64,000 bases of DNA from a virus: IMG/VR virus record IMGVR_UViG_3300021599_001992, positions 1-64,000 of that record. The stretch is one strand, 5' to 3'. The first letter of the stretch is position 1, and each line of letters starts with the position of its first letter. This document shows positions 58,027-64,000 of this stretch, piece after piece. Below the pieces are notes generated by a model. That model worked only from the letters and a program-made list of their open reading frames with translations, did not search any database and was not told the DNA's origin. Made by a program: the position numbers and the translations under genes.

Positions 58027-60288
58027 ATGCAGAAAGGTAAAAAATTTTTGAGCGACTTAAAATTACATTCCGACTATTTCAAATGGATGGAGGATAAAAG
58101 TAGATACGAAACATGGGAAGAAGCATGTGAAAACATAATTGATGGACACAGAAAGAAATATGTGAAATATTCAAAAGAAATTGAATCATATTTACAATCT
58201 GCGGTAGAAAGTATGAAAGACCAAGTAGTTTTGGCATCACAAAGAAATCTACAGTATAGACATGAACAGATTATGAAACATAATACAAGAATGTTTAACT
58301 GTACATCAGGACACATTGCACGTAATAGAGTATTCCAAGAAATTTTTTATTTGGCACTTAGTGGATGTGGTTTTGGTGGAGGTCTTTTAATTCCATTTGT
58401 TAATAATCTCAGTAGATTACATAAAAGAACAAAAGGAACAAAAACATTCGTAATTCAAGATAGTATCGAAGGATGGGCAGATTCACTTGGAGTTTTAATG
58501 TCATCTTATTTTGTTGATGATCAACCATTTCCTGAATATGCTGGATATGAAGTAAGATTTGATTATTCTCAAATTAGAGAAAAAGGATCATTCATTAGTG
58601 GGGGTTTTAAAGCACCAGGACATGAGGGATTGAAACAATCATTAGAAAAAATTGAAACTTTAATTGAAAAGTGGATAGTAAATGAAGGTGATAAAATTAG
58701 ACCGATTTTAGCGTTTGATATTATTTGTCATTCAGCTGATGCGGTATTATCAGGTGGTGTTAGACGTTCGGCACTTAATATGATTGTCGACCCTAATGAC
58801 GATGAAATGATTCATGCAAAAACAGGTAACTGGTTTATTGAGAATCCACAAAGAGGTAGAAGTAACAACTCTGTATTATTATTGAGAAGTGAAGTAACTA
58901 AAGATCAGTTTGAATACTTGGTTAAATTAAACGATGGTGCAAATGATATTGGATTTGTTTTTGCAAACAGTTGGTTTGATATGTTTAATCCTTGTTTTGA
59001 AATTTTGAAGATTCCTGTATTAGATAATATCGACTTCTCAAAAATTCACTATGATGATATTGAAGAATATGTAAAGACAAATAAAAATAAGTTCGGTATT
59101 CAAGGATGTAATCTTAGTGAAATTAATGCCGAAAAGTGTACAACAAAAGACAAATTTTTGAAGGCATGTAAAGATGCATCGATTTTAGGTACATTACAAG
59201 CGGGATATACAGATTTTCCTTATTTAGGTGAAACCTCAAAAAAGATTTTTGAAAGAGAGGCATTACTTGGCGTTAGTATCACAGGTTGGATGAATAACCC
59301 TAAGTTATTTAACGCAGAATTATTAGAAGAAGGTGCTCAAGTTGTAAAAGACACAAATAAAGAACTCGCATTTTTAATTGATATCAATCAAGCAGCAAGA
59401 ACCACTTGTGTAAAACCATCAGGTAACGCTTCAGTTGTTTTAGGTACCGCTTCAGGTATTCATCCTGAACACTCTGAAAAATATTTCCGTATCATGCAAT
59501 TGAACAAGGAGAGTAACACGGCTAAGTGGTTAGAAGAGAATATGTCATTTTTATTAGAAGACAGTGTTTGGTCATCTACCAAATCGGACTATGTTGTTTT
59601 CGTACCTGTAGAAAATCCAAAAAATGGATTGTTTAAAAAAGATATGAAAGGGGTAAAACATCTTGAAATTATTAAACTGGTACAACAACATTGGGTAAAT
59701 GCAGGCACTAACCCTGAATTATGTACATACTCACCTGTAAATCATAATACGTCTTGTACTGTTATTATTGATGATAAGGATTCGATAATTGAGTACATAT
59801 GGAGAGAAAGAGACTTCTTTACCGCAGTTAGTTTCATTTCTGATTACGGTGACAAAGATTTCAACCAAGCACCTTTTACATCAGTTTTAAATCTTGATGA
59901 AATTGTTTCGGTATATGGTAAAGGATCAATACTTGCTTCAGGGTTGGTTGTTGATGGATTACACTATTTTAATAATAATTTATGGTCCGCATGTGATCAT
60001 CTATTAGATAGTTCCAATCCTATTACAGGTAATAGAGAACAAGTTCTATTGAAAAAATATTGGATAGAAAGAGCTAAAAAGTTTGCTAAGAATTATTTCA
60101 AAGGTGACTTAAAGAAAATGGTATATTGTTTAAAAGACATCCATTTATTCCACAAGTGGGAAACTGTTACTCGTCAATTCAAAGAAGTGAATTTTGGTGA
60201 AATTTTAGATAAACCACAATACAAAGACATCAGTGATTTCGCTTCTATGGCTTGTAGTGGTGGATCATGTGAGATTACTAAAATATGA
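58027..60288 (+). CDS. nrdJ: Ribonucleotide reductase, probably class II (B12-dependent)
   Basis: FNC, GGVRRSA, NPC.EI, CNL.E, TCVKPSG, C-terminal CSGGSC; no ATP cone and no adjacent nrdB. Confidence 0.75.
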   Translation: MQKGKKFLSDLKLHSDYFKWMEDKSRYETWEEACENIIDGHRKKYVKYSKEIESYLQSAVESMKDQVVLASQRNLQYRHEQIMKHNTRMFNCTSGHIARNRVFQEIFYLALSGCGFGGGLLIPFVNNLSRLHKRTKGTKTFVIQDSIEGWADSLGVLMSSYFVDDQPFPEYAGYEVRFDYSQIREKGSFISGGFKAPGHEGLKQSLEKIETLIEKWIVNEGDKIRPILAFDIICHSADAVLSGGVRRSALNMIVDPNDDEMIHAKTGNWFIENPQRGRSNNSVLLLRSEVTKDQFEYLVKLNDGANDIGFVFANSWFDMFNPCFEILKIPVLDNIDFSKIHYDDIEEYVKTNKNKFGIQGCNLSEINAEKCTTKDKFLKACKDASILGTLQAGYTDFPYLGETSKKIFEREALLGVSITGWMNNPKLFNAELLEEGAQVVKDTNKELAFLIDINQAARTTCVKPSGNASVVLGTASGIHPEHSEKYFRIMQLNKESNTAKWLEENMSFLLEDSVWSSTKSDYVVFVPVENPKNGLFKKDMKGVKHLEIIKLVQQHWVNAGTNPELCTYSPVNHNTSCTVIIDDKDSIIEYIWRERDFFTAVSFISDYGDKDFNQAPFTSVLNLDEIVSVYGKGSILASGLVVDGLHYFNNNLWSACDHLLDSSNPITGNREQVLLKKYWIERAKKFAKNYFKGDLKKMVYCLKDIHLFHKWETVTRQFKEVNFGEILDKPQYKDISDFASMACSGGSCEITKI

Positions 60289-60485
60289 GTAAACTAATAG
60301 AAGGAATAGATTATGAAATTGAAAAGAAGTCGGGACTAATGATCCTGACTTCTTCTTTTTTAAGTAAAAGAGGTTATTGTTGTGGTAATAAATGTAAAAA
60401 TTGTCCATATGAACCTAAAGGACTAAGAGGTAACAAAATATTAGGTAACCCCGACTCACTTAAGGATCAGAATAAATCCACCTAA
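60285..60485 (+). CDS. DUF5522-like Cys-rich small protein
   Basis: L.KRGYCCGN.C.NCPY. Confidence 0.7.
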   Translation: MSKLIEGIDYEIEKKSGLMILTSSFLSKRGYCCGNKCKNCPYEPKGLRGNKILGNPDSLKDQNKST

Positions 60486-60517
60486 GACTCGATAATATTT
60501 GGGGTGAATATCGAGTC
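60486..60517. other. Intergenic hairpin (possible terminator)
   Basis: GACTCGATA-N14-TATCGAGTC followed by an AT/T-rich tract. Confidence 0.5.
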
Positions 60518-60562
60518 ACTATTTTATTTATTACCATTTTTCTAATCTTTATATTTATTAAT

Positions 60563-61015
60563 ATGATTAAAAAATTTGGTATTGATTTCCCATTTAGAGA
60601 CAGCGTCAGGGGTGATTTTTTCTCTATGACAGAAACACCTGAAAGAGAAATCAGAGCCAATCTAATACATTTATTATTAACGAGGAAAGGAAGTAGATAT
60701 TTTTTACCTGAATTTGGAACAAGATTATATGAGTATATTTTTGATCAAAATGATATGGTAACACATACTTTAATAGAAGAAGAAATTAGAGAGGGTGTTA
60801 AAAAATTTATACCAAACCTTGATATAAATTCTATAAACATAGTATCAGCAGATCAAGATCCTGATGAAGATAGATTATATTCGGAGGATGAAGACCAAAG
60901 ATTATTCAGAGTTTCGGATGCTTCAAATAAACCATATACAGCTAAAGTGAAAATAGATTATACCGTAAATAATGGTGCATTTTCATCTTCTGATTTCATA
61001 ATTATTAATATATAA
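60563..61015 (+). CDS. gp25: Baseplate wedge gp25-like protein
   Basis: GI.FPF, NL..LLLTRKG.R...PEFG..L..YIFD. Confidence 0.88.
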   Translation: MIKKFGIDFPFRDSVRGDFFSMTETPEREIRANLIHLLLTRKGSRYFLPEFGTRLYEYIFDQNDMVTHTLIEEEIREGVKKFIPNLDINSINIVSADQDPDEDRLYSEDEDQRLFRVSDASNKPYTAKVKIDYTVNNGAFSSSDFIIINI

Positions 61016-61016
61016 A

Positions 61017-62852
61017 ATGGCAAGTAAAAAAATATCATATTCGGTAAGGGATTTTGCAGGATTAAGACAAGAGTTAACAACACTCTTTAAAAATTATTAT
61101 CCTGACTTGGTTAAAAATACAAATGATGCGTCAATTTTTTCTGTGATGCTTGATTTGAATGCTGCGGTTGCGGATAACTTACATCATCATATTGATAGAG
61201 TTTGGCAAGAAACAATGTTAGATTTCGCACAACAGAGACAATCTTTATTTCATATTGCTAAAACATATGGAATAAGATTACCTGGTGTTAGACCATCTGT
61301 TGCATTATGTGATTTTTCAATAAGCGTTCCAGTTAAAGGAGATAAAGAAGATGAAAGTTATTTAGGTGTTTTAAAAGCAGGTGCACAAGTATCGGGGGGA
61401 GGACAAATATTTGAAACGATAGAAGATTGTGATTTCTCTAATCCATTTAATAGTAAAGGAGAACCAAATAGGTTGAAAATTCCAATATTCGATGCAAATA
61501 ATAGATTACAATCATATAGAATCACTAAAAGAGAGGCTGTTGTTAATGGGGTTACAAGAATTTTTAGAAAAGTAATTACACAATTGGATCAGAAACCATT
61601 TTTAAAAATTTATTTACCTGAACAAAATGTTTTAGGTGTTACATCGGTTATACATAAAGAAGGAACAACATTTGCTGGAAACCCAACATCAACAGAATTT
61701 GATAGTTCGGTTAATAAATGGTATGAAGTGAAATCTTTAATTGAAGATAGAGTCTTTATACAAGACCCAACATCGGCATCAGACTCACAAAATTTAAAGG
61801 CTGGAAAGTTTATAAATGTTTCAAATAAGTTTATTACTGAATACACACCGGAAAATTATTTTCTATTAACTTTTGGATCGGGTACGGTAAATCCTTTAGA
61901 TAATTTAGACAATTACATCAATAACCAAATGAAAGTTAATATTGCAACTTATCTAAATAACTTTTCATTAGGTTCGGTTCCAAAAAATAATACAACATTG
62001 TTTATAAAATATAGAGTTGGTGGCGGTAAAGAAACTAACTTAGGTGTTAATGTTATTACAAATGTTGATGATGTTGAATTCAATGTAAATGGACCCAATT
62101 CAAGTATTAATACACAGGTTATTAATTCATTGACCGTAACAAATATCACACCGGCAGTGGGTGGTTCAGACCAACCTACCATAGAAGAAATAAGAAATAT
62201 GGTGGCATATAACTTTGCGGCACAAAATAGGGCAGTTACATTAAATGATTATAAATCAATTATTGAAACTATGCCGGCAACATTCGGAGCACCAGCAAAA
62301 GTTAATGTAATGGAAGAAAATAATAAGATAAAAGTTAATCTATTATCTTATGACGATAAAGGTAATTTAACAAATATTGTTTCTAACACATTGAAATCAA
62401 ATATTTTAAATTATCTAACGGAATATAAAATGATAAACGATTTTATTGAAATTGTTAGTGGTCAAGTTATTGATTTAAGTTTGAATATTGATATTAATAT
62501 TGATAGAAATTTTAATCAAACAGAAATTATACGAGAAACAATAGATACTGTAATTGATTATTTTTCAATAGATAAAAGAAAAATGGGAGACCCTCTTTTT
62601 GTAGGTAAACTAATGAGAGATATTGGAAATGTTACAGGTGTTGAAAACGTTATTGAAATTAAAGTATTCAATAAAATAGGAGGTCAATATTCAACTGCAC
62701 AAGTCATACAACCATACCTCGATCCTGCAACTAAAGAGATTAAACAAACTGATATGACAATAAGAATGGCGTCTAATCAAATCTTCCAAATTCGTTTTCC
62801 TGAAAAAGATATCTCAGTAAGGGTAAGAACCGTAGAAAACAATACATTTTAA
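61017..62852 (+). CDS. gp6: Baseplate wedge gp6 / baseplate J-like protein
   Basis: RDF...R..L, YRVGGG..N, GG.D..T.EEIR......FAAQNRAVT..DY. Confidence 0.88.
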   Translation: MASKKISYSVRDFAGLRQELTTLFKNYYPDLVKNTNDASIFSVMLDLNAAVADNLHHHIDRVWQETMLDFAQQRQSLFHIAKTYGIRLPGVRPSVALCDFSISVPVKGDKEDESYLGVLKAGAQVSGGGQIFETIEDCDFSNPFNSKGEPNRLKIPIFDANNRLQSYRITKREAVVNGVTRIFRKVITQLDQKPFLKIYLPEQNVLGVTSVIHKEGTTFAGNPTSTEFDSSVNKWYEVKSLIEDRVFIQDPTSASDSQNLKAGKFINVSNKFITEYTPENYFLLTFGSGTVNPLDNLDNYINNQMKVNIATYLNNFSLGSVPKNNTTLFIKYRVGGGKETNLGVNVITNVDDVEFNVNGPNSSINTQVINSLTVTNITPAVGGSDQPTIEEIRNMVAYNFAAQNRAVTLNDYKSIIETMPATFGAPAKVNVMEENNKIKVNLLSYDDKGNLTNIVSNTLKSNILNYLTEYKMINDFIEIVSGQVIDLSLNIDINIDRNFNQTEIIRETIDTVIDYFSIDKRKMGDPLFVGKLMRDIGNVTGVENVIEIKVFNKIGGQYSTAQVIQPYLDPATKEIKQTDMTIRMASNQIFQIRFPEKDISVRVRTVENNTF

Positions 62853-62906
62853 ATTCTTTTTTGATTATAATAATAGAAAATTCCATCTTTTCTATTTATT
62901 ATAAGA

Positions 62907-64000
62907 ATGATACAAAAACATAGAATATCAACAGATATCGGTCGAGATAAAAAAATTTTAGTCGAACTAAATCAAAATTTCGACTTACTTGAAATTTTAT
63001 CATTAAAATTCAGTCAAAAAGATATATACGCCTCAGTTTGCTCTGATTATGGAGTAGTGTGTGGTAGAATTAGTGTAAATGACGGATTTGGTGTTCCAAA
63101 CGCAAAAGTTTCAATTTTCATACCATTATCAGATGAAGATAGTGATGATCCTGTTATTTCAGAACTATATCCATTTAAAAAAGTTAACGATAAGAATGAG
63201 GAAGGTTATAGATACAATCTATTACCAAGTAGAAAACAACACGGTGGTCATGAACCAACCGGTACTTTCCCTGATCAATTGGACATAATGACAAGGGAAG
63301 AGGTATTAGAGGTATATGAAAAATACTACAAATACACCGTCAAAACTAACGAAGCGGGTGATTTTATGATATGGGGTGTTCCTGTTGGAGAACAGGTTTT
63401 ACACGTAGATGTGGACTTATCAGATGTTGGATGTTTTTCATTAAGACCGTATGATTTTATAAAACAAGGAGAAGGTGTGGATAAATTTAAAAATTCTTAC
63501 ACTTTTAAAGCGTCACCCGATCTCGATTCTTTACCACAAATAAAAAGATTTGATAAAAATATTATAGTATATCCTTTTTGGGGTAATGAAGATTTATGTG
63601 AAATAGGTATCACAAGAACAGATTTCGATTTATCGGAAGTAGGTGTAAAAATTGAACCAAAGGCATATTTGATCGGAGGTATCTACACTGATACTGGAAA
63701 AAATAGTGTAAACAAGAATTGTGATGTAAGAAGAAAAATGGGTAGAAAATGCGACTTAACCACAAAAACGGGTAAGATCGAAGCAATAAGATTTACAACA
63801 GAAAGAGATCAAAATAATCGACCAATATTGGAGGTTTATCAAATAGATGAAGATATACCCGAGGATGGTGGGTTTGTATTTCCACTACCCATGAACATGG
63901 AATATGTGTACACAAATGAATTCGGTGAACTTGAAGTTACAAATGACACAAACAAAGGAATTCCAACTGCAGCGTGTTATAGGTTTAGGTTTAGTATGGA
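62907..64000 (+). CDS. Large baseplate-associated protein (3'-partial; not in ORF track)
   Basis: MIQKHRISTDIG..YGVVCGR..G.PNAKVSIFIP..KTNEAGDFMIWGVP.G; open to the window end; TATTTATT upstream. Confidence 0.75.
   Translation, partial: MIQKHRISTDIGRDKKILVELNQNFDLLEILSLKFSQKDIYASVCSDYGVVCGRISVNDGFGVPNAKVSIFIPLSDEDSDDPVISELYPFKKVNDKNEEGYRYNLLPSRKQHGGHEPTGTFPDQLDIMTREEVLEVYEKYYKYTVKTNEAGDFMIWGVPVGEQVLHVDVDLSDVGCFSLRPYDFIKQGEGVDKFKNSYTFKASPDLDSLPQIKRFDKNIIVYPFWGNEDLCEIGITRTDFDLSEVGVKIEPKAYLIGGIYTDTGKNSVNKNCDVRRKMGRKCDLTTKTGKIEAIRFTTERDQNNRPILEVYQIDEDIPEDGGFVFPLPMNMEYVYTNEFGELEVTNDTNKGIPTAACYRFRFSM

Noticed and set aside
69-63288. Numerous 60-180-aa antisense or alternate-frame ORFs in the track (for example 14497-14829, 28984-29355, 38446-38982, 39482-39964, 54113-54460, 63079-63288)
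   Set aside because: They lie inside well-supported genes, have shadow-ORF composition and show no motifs or start signals.
1-64000. Alternative genetic code (TAG/TGA reassignment as in some jumbo phages)
   Set aside because: Core genes are full length in code 11, and TAG and TGA both terminate genes at sensible positions (for example 28566, 51918, 45798).
1-64000. CRISPR arrays, tRNAs, introns/inteins, integrase or transposase
   Set aside because: None recognised by eye. All repeats found are coding, and PolB, helicase and RNR are uninterrupted. A tRNAscan/Infernal run would be needed to be certain.

Overview
This 64 kb, very AT-rich, densely coding window comes from a large T4-like (jumbo) myophage that uses the standard genetic code. 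The host is most likely Bacteroidota, based on a TTTG-N20-TAnnTTTG promoter, the scarcity of Shine-Dalgarno motifs, and DUF4494-like and DUF5522-like genes. Structural genes: 3' end of the major capsid gene, a set of probable head-packaged proteins, neck, tail terminator, sheath, tube, chaperone, tape measure, baseplate, and Thr-Pro-rich lectin/fibre proteins. Replication and nucleotide genes: PolB, SNF2 helicase, SSB, UvsX, 5'-3' exonuclease, DnaB-type helicase, class II RNR, dCMP deaminase, dUTPase and PhoH. A gp55-like late sigma factor sits at the end of a glycosyltransferase / O-methyltransferase / O-acetyltransferase cluster. Main signals not captured by the ORF track: (1) a TATTTAT(A/T) element, the reverse complement of the T4 late promoter, precedes about 18 genes and often ends only 3-6 nt before the ATG, suggesting leaderless late mRNAs; (2) two consecutive +1/-2 frameshift candidates in the tail chaperone and tape measure locus; (3) a parS-like palindrome plus CCAG/CTGG dyads between sheath and tube; (4) a probable virion-packaged WYL + repeat-protein module and modular polyproteins carrying [IL]-x-E protease-like sites; (5) an unannotated RHH regulator with operator-like dyads. 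All family assignments come from motif recognition by eye, not from database searches.
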